64,000 bases of DNA from Octopus vulgaris (taxonomy: Eukaryota): NCBI GenBank assembly GCA_951406725.2, contig OX597819.1:60140001-60204000 (forward strand), in the 5' to 3' direction. The notes below the pieces were generated by a model that was given only the letters and a program-made list of their open reading frames with translations, searched no databases and was not told the DNA's origin. This document shows positions 1 through 13,742 of this stretch, piece after piece. Numbering within the stretch: the first letter of the stretch is position 1; each line of letters begins with the position of its first letter. Position numbers and translations under genes: made by a program.

Positions 1-443
1 ACAAAAACAATCATTAAGTAATACCTTATTCCTTACAGGTGAATCTCCAGTACCATCTGGAGTGATTAATGCTAAATATTTTGTCCCATTTGTACTTTTA
101 CCCAACCTCTGCTTTTACGTTAACCTCCTACACACAATCATGCATGCACTTTACCATATCAAGAAAACACTGGCTCACACAAATGCATAACAGCATCTAT
201 GTACACAGGCCTCTTCTAACAAACAACCCCAACTGTTAATATGCACACATGCATGTGCACACAACAGGAGATGCACCCATCCACATCTGTACATGACCAT
301 GTCTTCATGCATGTATGCACACTCTCAATTGGCACCTAATGCACACCTAACCATAAGAGATACTCTATGCTCTGATTTACCAGTCATATACTCTATTGCA
401 CCCAACACATTTCCCTGTATTGTACTGTAATCTAGTATATTAA

Positions 444-848
444 GGCGGTGAGCAGGCAGAATCGTTAGCATACTGGTATTTTGTCAGCCACTACGTTCTG
501 AGTTCAAATTGTGCCGAGGTTGACTTTGCCTCTTCATCCTTTTAGGGTTGATAAATTAAATACCAGTTGAGTACTGGGGGGGGGGGGGTCAATGTAATTG
601 ACTATTCCCCTCACCCAAATTTCAGGCCTTGTCCCTATAGTAGAAAGAATTATTATTATTATTATTATTATTATAATTGTTAGAACACCTGGTGAAATGT
701 TTAGCAATATTTTGTCTGTCTTCATGTTCTGAGTTCAAATTCTGCCAAGGTAAACTTTGCCTTTCATCCTTTTGGGGTCGATTAACTATGCACTGGAGTC
801 AATCCCCTCCTCCAAGCTGCCCTTGTGGCAAAAATTTGAAATCATTAT
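444..848 (+). mobile_element. tRNA-derived SINE family A, tandem pair separated by (ATT)n
   Basis: GGCGGTGAGC.GGCAGAATCGTTAGC head, B-box GAGTTCAAATT, body gactttgcctttcatcctttt.gggt.gata. Confidence 0.8.
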
Positions 849-1486
849 AATTTACTGTACTATGGACATGTAATTAGAATGTTCCAGGATGAATTGCAAG
901 GTGGATTCTTCAAGTCAAGCCAAGCAGCAGGAGAGATATAGGGGTAGACCAGGAATGAGGTGGGTGGATAACACCCATAGTTTTAGTTGGTCATGCTTGG
1001 AAATTCAGCAGGAAAGTTTAATGGCAGATACTTGTGATAGGATCCTATGGAAGAAGTGCCTGGGGATTCTACCCCAACAAACTTCCCAAATGTATGTGTT
1101 TATTTGGCTACTTATTTGCATAGGTGCATCTGTATGCATACTCTTGTGTAGATATATTTGTATACATATGTCTGTGTATATATAAATAGATGTGTGTATT
1201 TTTCCCTTGTTAACAATTAACACGGAAAAAATTTATAAATAGTTACCAGGGTATCAAAAAATCACTCAAGTAAAAAGGTTGTAACTCCTTGTTTTTAAAG
1301 ATAGAAACTTCGGGTTTACGTGAAATATTTTTAATAATATATATAAATAAATAAATGGAGTTAAACGCAGCTGTTATTCAAATTCTTTTACTTCCGACAC
1401 ATTTTAAAGATATCATTGGTATTATTATTATTATACATAAATATATATACACATATGTCTGTATATATATATATATATTTATGAAT

Positions 1487-1845
1487 GGAACGCAATGGCC
1501 CAGTGGTTAGGGCAGTAGACTCGCGGTTATAGGATCGTGGTTTCGATTCCTAGACTAAGCGTTGCGAGTGTTTATTGAGCGAAAACACCTAAAGCTCCAC
1601 GAGGCTCCAGCAGGGGGTGGTGGCAAACACTGCTGTACTCTTTCACCGCAACTTTCACTCTTCCTTCCTGTTTCTGTTGTACCTGTATTTCAAAGGGCCA
1701 GCCTTGTCATACTGTGTCATGCTGAATCTCCATGAGAACTATGTTAAGGGTACACATGTCTGTGGAGTGCTCAGCCACTTGCATGTTAATTTCATGAGCA
1801 GGCTGTTCCATTGATTGGATCAACTGGAACCCTCGTTGTTGTACG
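1487..1845 (+). mobile_element. tRNA-derived SINE family C
   Basis: A-box TGGCCCAGTGG, B-box-like GGTTTCGATTCC. Related heads at 14324-14570, about 49385-49600 and about 54975-55200. Confidence 0.7.
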
Positions 1846-4009
1846 ATTTATGTATGTAAATATGTACATTTATATCTTGAAGGCCAAACAGTCTATCCTT
1901 TCTTTCCCTCCCTCCTCAACTTTTCTATCCTCACAACCCATGCAGAACCTTACAATTTAAAAGACATGCTGTTGTGTACACATACAATCACACAAACTTG
2001 CACCAGTACCACTTTACAGTGAACATTTTCCAACATCATTTCTTAGTTACATCCAAAACTGTAACAATCTAGAAGCAGTTTTGCTGTTTTCCAAATGAAA
2101 AATTCTTGCAATTTTTAAGTATACTTCAAAATGTCAATTTACAGACTCTGCCTCCAAACACGTTGAGTACGTTTTTTTTTTTTTTTAGTTGTAGATGTCT
2201 TAGTTCTATGACTAAAGACACTACTACTACTACTACTGCCACCTCCACGTACATGTATGTCTGCAAACACCCCTCTAAACTGACTTTTACTTTTTCATCC
2301 TTCTGAATTCAATAAAATGCATACTAGTCAATCAAGTAGTGAGGTCAATATAATCGATAATACCCACAAAGGCAGTGAGTGGCCCGGTATGGCTACAGTC
2401 CAATGAGATTAAAACTAATAAAAGTGTGTGCGTGTGTATATATATAAATAAATATAAACATTGTGAATTCATTTGACCTAGATGTCCGGAAACTGAAGCC
2501 AATGGGTTTACCAAACTTCCATATCCTTACAATGACGGTTGTAATAAATCGATTTGGCAGCCGCGGAAGATTTTTGTAGCTGTAACCAGTTGTCATAGGT
2601 GATATTTTGGCGTTACAGTTGTTTCATAAGAGAGGGGAGGGGGTTGTACACGATTTTTGAAAATTTTGTAGCTATTAAATTTGGCTAGTTTGTTGAATAG
2701 CATAACAACCATTTCCACTTTTGCAGAAATAGATTTCGTTAGAGAAACTAAAACTGCTCGTGGTTTAAATAATATTCTGACGGAAGAGAGTTTAATATAC
2801 ATGCTTGTTACTACAATAGTATGTTGTGATAGTAGGTATTTCACCTATCCTGCTAGTTGTCAGTGCACAAACATACGGTATATTGTGTTCGTTTGGTGTC
2901 ATGCTAAGAAAAAAAACCCAAAACATTGAAGAATTTTTAAGAGTTACGTGAAAGAATTTCAGTGATGATATACGACACTTATAAACAGGATCGAGTGCCT
3001 TAATCGTGGACACCGCCTGGTAACCTCAGTTAGTCTTAAGCGACATTCACCAAAGGTGAAGGAAAGGAGCGAAGTCTTTTAGATGAAATCAATCTCAAAG
3101 AATTTCAATGATGGTATAAATAAGGTCGAGATACAGGTGGTGGGCAATCATTTCAAAAGATTACCATTGCTATTTCTGATCAATATGGCCTATAACAGTT
3201 TATTTATTTTATAGATTTACTTTTCCACAATATAAAATTACTTTGACTGCGGTGGTCGAACACGGGCCAAAAACTTCCTTCACTTAGTTAAAAATTATTA
3301 TCAGAGCATACTGATGACATTCTGCAGGGAAAGCTTAAGTTAGAGTTTCCAAAAGCTGATAACAAAACTCCAGTTAATAATTTATTTATTTTGTCTTTAA
3401 AACTACAAAATAGAAACAAATTAATTTTTCGGCAATGTTTCGTTAAAAGAAAAGCATTTTCGCCTCTATGCAGTCGCTTGACTTGCTAGAACGGCAACCA
3501 AAATTCCTTCAAATCACATTTCGAACATCAATCATCACCAAATTCTAAACAATCTGAGTGAAAGTGACACGCATTAATCAAAGATCGACGAGAAAGTTAC
3601 GAAAAAAAATATCTATAAAAAAAAGAAAAAGGAAATCGATTTAAAGTTACTACTATCACCAACTGATTAAAAAAAAATCAATTCTTTTAAATCATTAATA
3701 AGTACAGAGAGGGGAAGCTTTATATATAACGATCCATTTATGAAAATAGTAATGAAATGTAAGACAACCTAGAACTTCATGACAAAGAAAATAGACACGG
3801 TTTGTTTACATCGAAATGTATTAAGGTGAATGTATGTATGAATGTGTTATGTTGATTGTATCGCTATTTCCATGCCAAACAGATGATCTGGCATTCGAAA
3901 GCTTATCAGCTTTGACCCATATAATTCTTTATCATTTGTACATGTTTACATGTAACTAATACAGACCAAAGAAAATCCTATTTGACTTTCCAACGCGAAA
4001 GTACCACCC

Positions 4010-4049
<40 letters not shown>

Positions 4050-5070
4050 TGCTACACGTTCTTTGTCCTTAATAAACAAGATCAATAACATGAAAGCTAG
4101 AGTGAATCGTACACAATGAAAATCCATATGAGCTTATAGATAAAGAAACATCGTCTCGGTCTTGTACGTGTCTGTGGTTTAGATATGTCTATAAGCCCCA
4201 GAAGACACTTTTTAGCAGCAGAAGCAGTACATTCTTATATAAGATGGTTACTTTTGCCTACGTTGAACATGATTTTCTGTCAGCTACGAAGATCAAAGAA
4301 GACAAGAGTGAATAAACTAATAACTAAAAGAACTAAACAGAAATCACTGAATAAATAAATAAATAAATAAGCAAAACTTTTGTAAGACGTGCGTACTTTA
4401 GACTTGACAGCAAAACACTTACTGACCACACATCCACACACACATAAAAATGGATATATGATATTGTTGTATCATGACATTCGAATAATGCGAAAGATTA
4501 CCTGGTCGAGTGGAAAGTATACAAAGCATAAAAGTGCTGTCGTTGGATTTGAGTTGGAGGAATGTTGTCATAGGGTGAATCTGAAAGGTTGCCACTAGTG
4601 TCAACCATGCTGATAGTCTGCGAGGCTAAAGACCCGGTGTGTTAAATAAACAGGTGAGAAAAACTCCAGTACACAATTCTAAATTGCTGATCAACACAAT
4701 TTGAAGTTGACAAAGAACTTCGTGTACTTTTTAGACACTTGGTAATAACGGTTTCCATTCATTTATTGTTATTTTCTGCACGGGATGTAAGGCAAAGTGT
4801 ATGGCAGAAGCGATTTGTCAACCGGAAATACACCGTTGTTGCATTTAAGTCAGCAGTCGAATGTCCAGATTTTGAGAAATATGTTTGACTGACTTAAAGT
4901 GCATTTTGAAGTGCAGAACTTGTTTTATTTATAACTATTTTCTGATTGTCCAAGAGAAAATTTTCAAAAGAAGTCAGTAAGCTAACAAAATAAAATTTAT
5001 TCTAATTTTTCTTGTGAAATAATAATAATTATTATCATTTCTCAATTATTATTATTAATATATGGGAGAA

Positions 5071-5290
5071 GGCAGCAAGCTAGCAGAATCGTTAGCACGC
5101 CGAGCGAAATGCTTATCGATATTTCGTCTGCCGCTATGTTCTGAGTTCAAATTCCACCGAGGTCGACTTTGTCTTTCATCCTTTCGGGTTCGATAAATCA
5201 AGTACCAGTTGAGTACTAGGGTCGATGTAATCGACTTAATCCCCTCCCCTCAAAATCCAGACCTTTTGCCTATAGTAGAAAGGATTATTA
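5071..5290 (+). mobile_element. SINE family A
   Basis: Full head, B-box and tail cctatagtagaaaggattatt. Further copies at about 18005-18170, 50641-50845 and 51800-51990 (+), and 57820-58020 (-). Confidence 0.82.
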
Positions 5291-5571
5291 ATATATGGGG
5301 GAAAAAGTGATGGTGGGGTCAGCAGAATCGTATAAAGCAGAATAATAAAGTTAAGCAAAATATGCTTTGTTGTTTCTATTTCATTTAAATTGAAAGCTAG
5401 ATCATGTTTTAGTAATTTCTCCAAATTTTGTATGGAAATAGCAAGAAATCATCTAGTAGTCTCAACTGAAATATTTTCTTTTATCTACTTTCTGGCTGTC
5501 AAGACAACTTTTTTTTAAAGCTACCAGACAAACAAATTAAAATTAATTCTATTTCTGGAATTTTTTTTTTT

Positions 5572-5948
5572 CATTCTTTTACTTGTTTCAATCATTTGGC
5601 TGCAGCCATGCTGGAGCACCGCCTTTAGTCGAGCAAATCGACCCCAGGACTTATTCTTTGTAAGCCTAGTACTTATTCTATCAGCCTCTTTTGCAGAACC
5701 GCTAAGTTACGGGGACGTAAATACATCAACATCGGTTGTCAAGCGATGGTGAGCTGATTAACACACACACGCACGCACGCAATCGCGCGACGGACTTCTT
5801 TCAGTTTCCGTCTACCAAATCCACTCACAAGGCTTTGGGCTAGCCTGAGACTATAATAGAAGACACTTGCCCAAGGTGCCACGCAGTGGGACTGAACCAG
5901 GAACCGTGTGGTTGGGAAGCAAGCTTTTTACAACACAGCCATGCCTGT
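5572..5948 (-). mobile_element. Bipartite tRNA-derived SINE family B (head + internal microsatellite + tail)
   Basis: Reverse complement of GGCTGTGTGGTAAG..GGTTCAGTCCCACTGC..GGAAACTGAAAGAAG - microsatellite - GCTTGACAACCGATG..GAAACAAGTAAAAGA. Confidence 0.85.
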
Positions 5949-7831
5949 AAAAAAAAAAAAGTAATAATAATAGTTAATACTAATAAAGTTATGCAAAATA
6001 CGTTTTGGTTCGTTTCTATAGCATTTTGCTAGTTTTTTTTTTGTTTGTTTTTTGCTTCCCATTTCTCAAAAGATTGGATAAATTGTGTTGCCAAAATTGT
6101 TGAGTGGTCCGGAATATTTCATTAGTTCATTTTCTTTTAGTAATTTAAAAAAAATTATGTCATTTTGTAATTATAATATTTATTAAGGTGTATTCTATAC
6201 TAGGAAAAAAGTCACAAAAGAAAGATCACCACTTTTGTCAGAATAAAATGTCACAGAAAAATGTCATATATTATTTAAATACTATAAATAAGTCATTATA
6301 CAAATGATTTAATTATCCAACATTTTATTTATTTGTTTTTTAATTCATTTTTACTGTAAAGCTATTATACAAATAATTCAGTTACCTAACATTTTGTTTC
6401 TTTGCTTTTGTTTTGAATTAATTTCAACTGTTATCCATTTACTTTCCCAAACCATGTTATTTAATAGTTTTATAATTAATCATTGTTAAAGAAATAAAAC
6501 AAAGTCACTTATTTAACATGACTTTTATACAATAACACAATTCATATGGCAATAAACATATGTGGCGGTGGGGAGGCACATTTTGTTCCATTTCTTAAAT
6601 AAAGCAATGAAATCGTTAAAAAACAATACACTACTGAATCAGTTGACTAATTTGTTGTAACTTTTCTCCTGGATTCCTGCAGACAATTTCTATGTAGGGA
6701 CAATAACAATTAAAATATTGTAGTTATGTCCCTTTATTTTTCAACCCTAAATTTCGACAAGTTGACTTCGATTTCGTATTTTGCGGGTGGATGAAATAAT
6801 GCCGTTTTGTTGTTTTCGAAAGAGAGACAGCACCACGTAAAGGCTACTTCAAATAACGATGTCGATGTTTGCGACCATGCCCACCCTTAAAATTTGTACG
6901 TTTGTATCTGTGTTAAAAATCGAGTTGACAGAATCTTTAAACGTTAGGGTCATTCCATATGGATTCTACCGGTTAGAAACATTTTGCACTTGACCAACTC
7001 AGATTTGGCTCAATTTTTTTTTTTTTTTTTGGTAATACCTCTATATGCATAAGGAACAAGTGCATAATTTTAGGAATCAACTCTTAAGGGTTCCAAAGAT
7101 ATGCCCCACCAAAATTTGAGAGCTACGACCCATGTGGAGCGCGGATATCAATTTATACAGATTTTGGTGCTGAATATCTTTAAAACTAATCGTATTTGAC
7201 TGAATTTAAACCCAGCCTGTCAGAATCTACTATTGGAATTGCTCTGTCTCCCTTTATTTTCGAGTTATTGTCCTTTCAAATATGAACCTTTTCATGAGTG
7301 GAAAAAAAAATCAACATTCAAAGGGCCCCAATGAGGTCAAGATGTGTAATAGAAGAAACTTCTGCTGAGCTTCTTCAATTTGAGAACTGATCTGTCAATG
7401 ATAAAAATATTGACAATGTACAAGGCATAAAATAATATTTAGAGGCCTCTATTGTTTTCCAGGTGAAAAAATAACTTTTTTGACAATTTTCACTTTGCAA
7501 GTTCACCAACTGGGCAATTAAACAAAGGAATGAAACTTGTTCAAATCCCACTGAGATCAACTTTGTCTTTTATCTGTCTGGGGTCCATAGAATAATGTGC
7601 CAATGAAATACTGGGATTGTCCAAGTTGATTTGATCCCACCTCCCTCCAGTTCAAAAATAAGTAATTATTTTGTTGCAGTTATTGTAATTAGTCATTCAT
7701 GCTGCCAAGATGAAATAAATAGTTCTGCAGAAGCCTATTACAATGATTACATTGATATGCTCAACAACAACCTGTTTGTTTTTTGTCTTGAAATAGATTT
7801 TAATTCTATTTCTCTCCCCACTCTCTCTTTC

Positions 7832-7865
<34 letters not shown>

Positions 7866-8089
7866 CCCCTCTCTCTCTTTATCTATCTATCTATCTCATT
7901 CTCTCTTTCTGTCTCTCACTCTCTCTCACTATATTTTCTATTCAACAAAAACAAGAACAACAACCTGTCATTATAGTAAAAGTCTTGTTTTAGAGGCTGT
8001 GTTGCATTGTCTATATGTTGAAAGACACACAGAAATACACACACAAACAACCAAAATGAAAACTATATATATATAAATATATATATATA

Positions 8090-9046
8090 CTAGCAGCTAA
8101 GCCCGGTTTCACCCGGTCTGTTTGGATGATGTGGCTGTGATCGTTTTCGGTTAGGCATGATCTATGACAGTGTTTCTCAACCTTATCATTTCGGGTCCCC
8201 TGTTTCAATTGGAGCCTTCAGCTGTAGGAAAATTTCCTGACTCCCCACCCCCTTGTCAGAAAACAGCTTCAGGAGTTGTGAAGAACAAATTTGTACGTAG
8301 TCTGTTTGTGAGAGCTATTGTATTGGACCTCTGTCTAATCATTAAAACATTGATTTCATTAGAAAGAAATTATACATTAATCCCTATTTTTGTAAGTAGT
8401 TAAATGCGTAAAAATTTTATTTTCAGACACCAGAAATTGAAAGAAGATATATGAAATGGACGTGTGTGTGTGCATGCCTGCATACTCATCGTATAAAATT
8501 TTTACGATAGTTGATTTATAGAAAAGATTATGTTAAAGTTTTGAAATGCAAATGTGTGTGTGAAAATTAAGTTCAGACCTCTACATGGTATCTAGACCTG
8601 GTAGAAATAGCAGCCAAATCTCCCTCAAAACACCCTACTGTCTTAATCTGACAATTCTGCCTATTATGTAGTTTGAATGAGAAACTGTAACTAAAGATTA
8701 AGATTATTAACCCCACAAAGAGGTGAAAGAAGAGAGACAGAATAGCAAAAGTTTTGGCTGACTGTCATCTTGTCCTCCTCTTGTTGCTAGCGAAATGGTA
8801 TATGCCAGTTGTGTGAGCAACTGGTTGTTTTAATGACGGAACAAACAGGGGAATTCCATTATAAAAAGTTTTGATAGATTTTCTTGGTAACTATGGGGGC
8901 TAGGAAAAAATACAAACCGCATTCCAATCTATGCATCCGTCTCCATATGTGTGCCATTTTTCACACAAATTCACCCAGCTGTTTGGCTCTAAACCTCAAG
9001 ACAAGAAAGAATACAACGATCTCCCATGTCCAATTTATATTATAGT
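8090..9046 (-). mobile_element. Non-autonomous Helitron-like element (with an internal insertion from about 8169)
   Basis: Minus-strand 3' end has a CCGG-GTGAAA-CCGG hairpin followed by CTAG|T; both ends are shared with 14579-15205. Confidence 0.6.
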
Positions 9047-9432
9047 TATATATACAAAGATAACTATACATATTATATATGCATTCCTATCGCGACACTG
9101 ATTGCACAAAACTTGGGTGGGTGTGAAACCAAAACTCAACAAACAAGATTTATGTGTATTTTCAAAATCATGCTATTTTGCGGCCAAATTCGAGTTTTTC
9201 GTTTTTGTCTGACTAATGGCTTGTGCACAGTCCCACTAATTTTCCATGATTATGCCATTCCAGGTGTGAAAACCAAAGTCCAATGAATATTAATTACTCT
9301 CATAAAAATCTCCAACTAGCTCATAAACAATAAAACTGGCCCAGGCTGAAATGTGATAAGAAACTTAGCTCTTGATTTAGTGAGAAATTTTTACTGCAAC
9401 CCAGCAATGAACAATGCCGGGTCATAGTGCTA

Positions 9433-9507
<75 letters not shown>

Positions 9508-11459
9508 CAAATATACATATTTTTTTTTTAAAGTCTATGTTGCATTGTGTTGGCAGACTTGCACATAAAATTCCCATGGTTTTAACCAAAATTTAAATAG
9601 ATAGATTGGTAGTGTGATAAGGATTATTATTAGTATTACTGAGTGAGAAAACCATGCATATCAATACATGCATCAAGTTGGTTTCAAATCTAAGCTTGGA
9701 GAAGGAAGTATTAATTTTTACACATCACAAAAAAAAAAGTAAAATGGCAAATGTATTGAGGTATTCCTCAAGAAATGATATTCTTTACAGGTTTTGTGAG
9801 CCCAACAAAGCAGAAATGTATATCAAGCAGTGTCACTGATGCTGCTGCTTGGCAATTTTCATCTGCTACTTTTTATATTTTTGTTTCTTTAAACACAGTG
9901 CATCCACAAAGGATATTATCCATGGATTAATATCACAGTAAATTTGCCGTTTTGTGATATTATTTGTAGGTGGCATGTAAAAAGCACCTGTACTAGTGAC
10001 ACGTAAATGCACCCAGTACACTCTGTAAAGCAGTTGGCATTAGGAAGGGCATCCAGCTGTAGAAACTATTCCAGAACAGACATGGAACCTGGGCAGATCT
10101 TCAGCTGACCAGTTCCTGCCAAACCGTCCAATCCATGCCAGCATGGAAAATGGACTTCAAATGATGATGATGATCATCATCATGACGGTGTTGGTGGTGG
10201 TGGTGGTGGTGGTGGTGATAATGATGATGATGATGATGACCTGCATTAAGTATGGTACACAGAGGGCTAGTTTTAATATTACTTCTGTTTTATTCAGTGG
10301 ATGAAATAAAGTACATTTGGTAAGAGGGAAAACCCGTTTCATTTTAAGTTATGTGGGAAAACTTTCCCTGCCAATTGTACTCTTATAGATCATAAACACT
10401 GTCACATTCATCACTGTGAGATAAGTGAGAAATCTTTCATTACAAAGAGTCACTTAAAAACACTCGGACAAATGTACACAGGAAGGAAGTCTCTTAATTG
10501 TGAAAGATGAGAAATCCTTCTCATTCAAATCTAAATTTGAAGTCCACCAACAAATACACAGTAGGGCTTTATCATGGCAAAATATGTTAGAAATAATCTA
10601 CTACTACTACTACTACTACCACCACTGGCACTGCTGCTACTACTACTACAATGCTGCTGCTGCTACTACTACTACTACTACTACTAATAATAATAATAAT
10701 AATAATAATAGTAATGAGGAAAGTAATGGAAATACTGGTGGTAACTGGAGCATTAGGAGCAGTTTTCAAGAGCTTTGAAAACCATATTAAAGGATATTGG
10801 AACTGCTTTCCAGGCTCAAAGTGATCCAGAAGACAGCATTGTTGGGTACAGCTCGCATTCTAAGGAGAGTATTGTCTCTTTGAGTCACAGGAGAAGGCAC
10901 TACTTGAAACCTTTGGTGATTTATTATTGCCTGCTTTCAACTAAAGAACAACTTCAAATAGAACAGCAAGAATCAAAACTCATCAGAAAAAGTAACCAAA
11001 ACTGCATGAACAGTTCATAGAATAATACACAGGAAGTGAACAGTGAATGAGTTAGAAAATTACTATTTTTTAATCTGACAATGTAAGATATTCAGCAACA
11101 GTACTTTGTAGTAAAGATTGTTTGCCAACATAACATGGCAGTCCTGGTTTAGGACTAATGTTCCCTTGTTTGAAAATATGAGGACACAGATTGTGTCATA
11201 TAGCCAGCTGGAGACAACGTCTCCTAAACTAGGACTGCCATATTATGTTGGCAAACCATCTTTACTATAGTGAACAAGTTGTTCAAAAATAAAAGGTGAG
11301 GGAGATAAGGTGTACTGTGAGTGAATTTCAGGCAGTATGGAAGTGTTGACGGATATAGTGTCCCAACAACAAACAACTGATACGAGAAGTTGATTCCATG
11401 CTTTAGCAATTCTGATGTGTTATTTCACAATAATAGGATTTTATCTGTCTTTGATATTT

Positions 11460-11679
11460 ACTATTTCTTTACTACCCACAAGGGGCTAAACACAGAGGGG
11501 ACAAATGGATTAAGGCGATTATATCGACCCCAGTGCATAACTGGTACTTATTTAATCGACCCTGAAAGGATGAAAGGCAAAGTCAACCTCGGCGGAATTT
11601 GAACTCAGAACGTAACCGCAGGCGAAATACTGCTAAGCATTTCGCCCAGCGTGCTAACGATTCTACCAGCTCGCCGCCT
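11460..11679 (-). mobile_element. SINE family A variant with an alternative 3' tail
   Basis: Reverse complement of the family A head and body; the tail differs from the 5071 copy. Confidence 0.8.
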
Positions 11680-11764
11680 GCATTTCCTTTTACCCAAGGC
11701 CAAGAACTTCCAGCACGCCCTTGTAAATATCAAGTTCTTGGCCTTGGGTAAAAGGAAATGCAGG
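11677..11764. repeat. Perfect 33-bp inverted repeat with a 22-nt loop
   Basis: CCTGCATTTCCTTTTACCCAAGGCCAAGAACTT ... AAGTTCTTGGCCTTGGGTAAAAGGAAATGCAGG. Confidence 0.95.
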
Positions 11765-12220
11765 AGGATCAGTTAATTATGATTTTATTCAACATATTTC
11801 CCTTTCAGATTCACACACTTATTGCAGCAGTCCTTTAGTTTTCCTAAGCCCTGTAAAAGAACTTGGAAGGTTGGGCTCCAACCAGGCCTTTCACAATACT
11901 CTTAAAGTCAGGAACTTTTCAACATCCCCCCATACATCTTGTAAAAAAATTGTTAAATTTGATGTCAGTAAGTGACAGCCTATAATTTTTATAATTGCAT
12001 ATGAGAAAGTGGGGTCACCAGTTTTGCTTTCTTGCTTGACCGCTAGAGATCACTACATAACTCCCTCCTCAGACAAGAAGTTGATAAGCAATATCATTGT
12101 AGTGATCCAGGGCAGATACGAAGCAAAACAAGGTAGCAGAAACATGTGCTTGCAAAACAATTAGTAAAATTGGAAAAAATCAATACATGCATCAAGTCAG
12201 GGTCACCATTTTATAGTGAA

Positions 12221-12706
12221 TGTCAGTAAGTGACATCCTATAATTTTTATAATTGCATGCAAGAAAGAGGGGTCACCATCTTGTATGTAAACAACAAGGA
12301 AATAAGAATTTGTAAGACGTTCGTAATAAGTCATAACATATTTATTACTGGATGTAATGCATTAACATATAAGGTTAATTGAAGGGTAAAGCTTGTAACA
12401 TCACAGGAACATATTTTGCAACCACATGTCTCAAAGCAAATGAGGCGAACATCCGCTCATGCAGGTGTGTATGTGAGTGGCGTGACTCAGTGCATATCTA
12501 GGATCCGACAGGCAGGAGTAGCACAAAATTAGAAATGTGTTCTTTTATATAAGGGATGAACCGGAAGTCCCTGACTTCTACATCATCCAGAAGTTAATTG
12601 GAAGCTTCTAGAATGTCCAAGAATTTTCAAGAAGGTCGAAGGAGATTACTCTTATTAGATCCCTTTTTCGTTTTGCTTTCCTGCTTGACCGCCAGGGGTC
12701 ACTACA
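12221..12706 (-). mobile_element. Probable solo LTR
   Basis: Minus strand starts TGTAGTGA and ends ACTGACA; TATATAAAA at about 12543-12551 and AATAAA at 12341-12346 on the minus strand. No clear TSD. Confidence 0.5.
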
Positions 12707-13334
12707 TACCCTTTTCTTACTTCAACAAAACTTCCATTTTTTTGCATTCTCTTAAGAAAGTCAACTGCACCGATCAGAGTAGAATGCTCTGTACCTGAAT
12801 TAATAGATGAACATTTTTTTATGAATAAAAATATACAATGTTACTGTAATGGTCATTATTAGTAAAGGACATAGATTAACTGGAAAATCCAGTTTACTTA
12901 AGTAGCCCTTTAATGGCAGTTGGTCAGTTAATTAATCATTGGTTTGCTAAGCAGCTGGTTTTTGGATAATATGCTTGTCTGACAGAGTATATCTATTGTA
13001 GTAATACAAGTTTTAGTTGACATTCTCTGTGTTATTGAAAGCATTGGACAAATTGAAACAAATGCTCATACAAACAAGCCAGGTTATCTGATTTTGACTT
13101 ATTCTGCCTGTAAAAAGATAGCGTAGACATCTGTTTGCTTTTTTTCCCACTCAATTATGTATGCAGTGTTACATAAGACTTATAGACACAATAGATATGT
13201 GCTGAAGTATTAGTATATTTGCCAAAAACCTGTTGTTTAGCATATCAGTAATTAAGCATTTAGCTATGCTTTTTTTTTAGATTCTACATTCAAATACTAC
13301 AGAGAGTGACTCTCCTCCCCTTTCTCTTCCGCTT

Positions 13335-13693
13335 CATCATCTTCATCATCATCATCATCATCATCATCACCACTACTACCACCACCACCATCAGCAGCTC
13401 ATCATTATCATCATCATCATTACCACCACCACCACTGTCACCACCAGCTCATCATCGTCGTCATCGTTGTCGTCATCATTGTCGTTACCACCACCACCAC
13501 CACCACCAGCACATCATCATCATCATCATTGTTGTCGTCGTCGTCGTCATCATCACCATCACCATCATCATCATCATCACCACCACCACCACCACCATCA
13601 TCATCATCGTCACCACCACTGCATCCATCACCACCACCACAACCACCACCAGCACATCATCATCATCACCGTCGTCGTCATCATTACCAACAT

Positions 13694-13734
<41 letters not shown>

Positions 13735-13742
13735 TTATTATT
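13335..13742. repeat. Compound trinucleotide microsatellite (CAT/CAC/CGT/CAG)
   Basis: Read directly. Similar tracts at 10600-10710, 15795-16020, 16395-16560, 17455-17635, 24418-24530 and 42358-42472. Confidence 0.95.

Noticed and set aside
25-190. Possible exon at the window start (ccttacag acceptor on +, or a short open frame on -)
   Set aside because: No recognisable protein similarity and no partner exon to validate it.
1487-1560. tRNA gene
   Set aside because: A/B boxes are present but there is no complete cloverleaf, and the sequence continues into a SINE body; the same applies to the other SINE heads.
3305-3345. CTGATGA...GAAAGCTTA hammerhead-like string
   Set aside because: Stems I and II do not pair.
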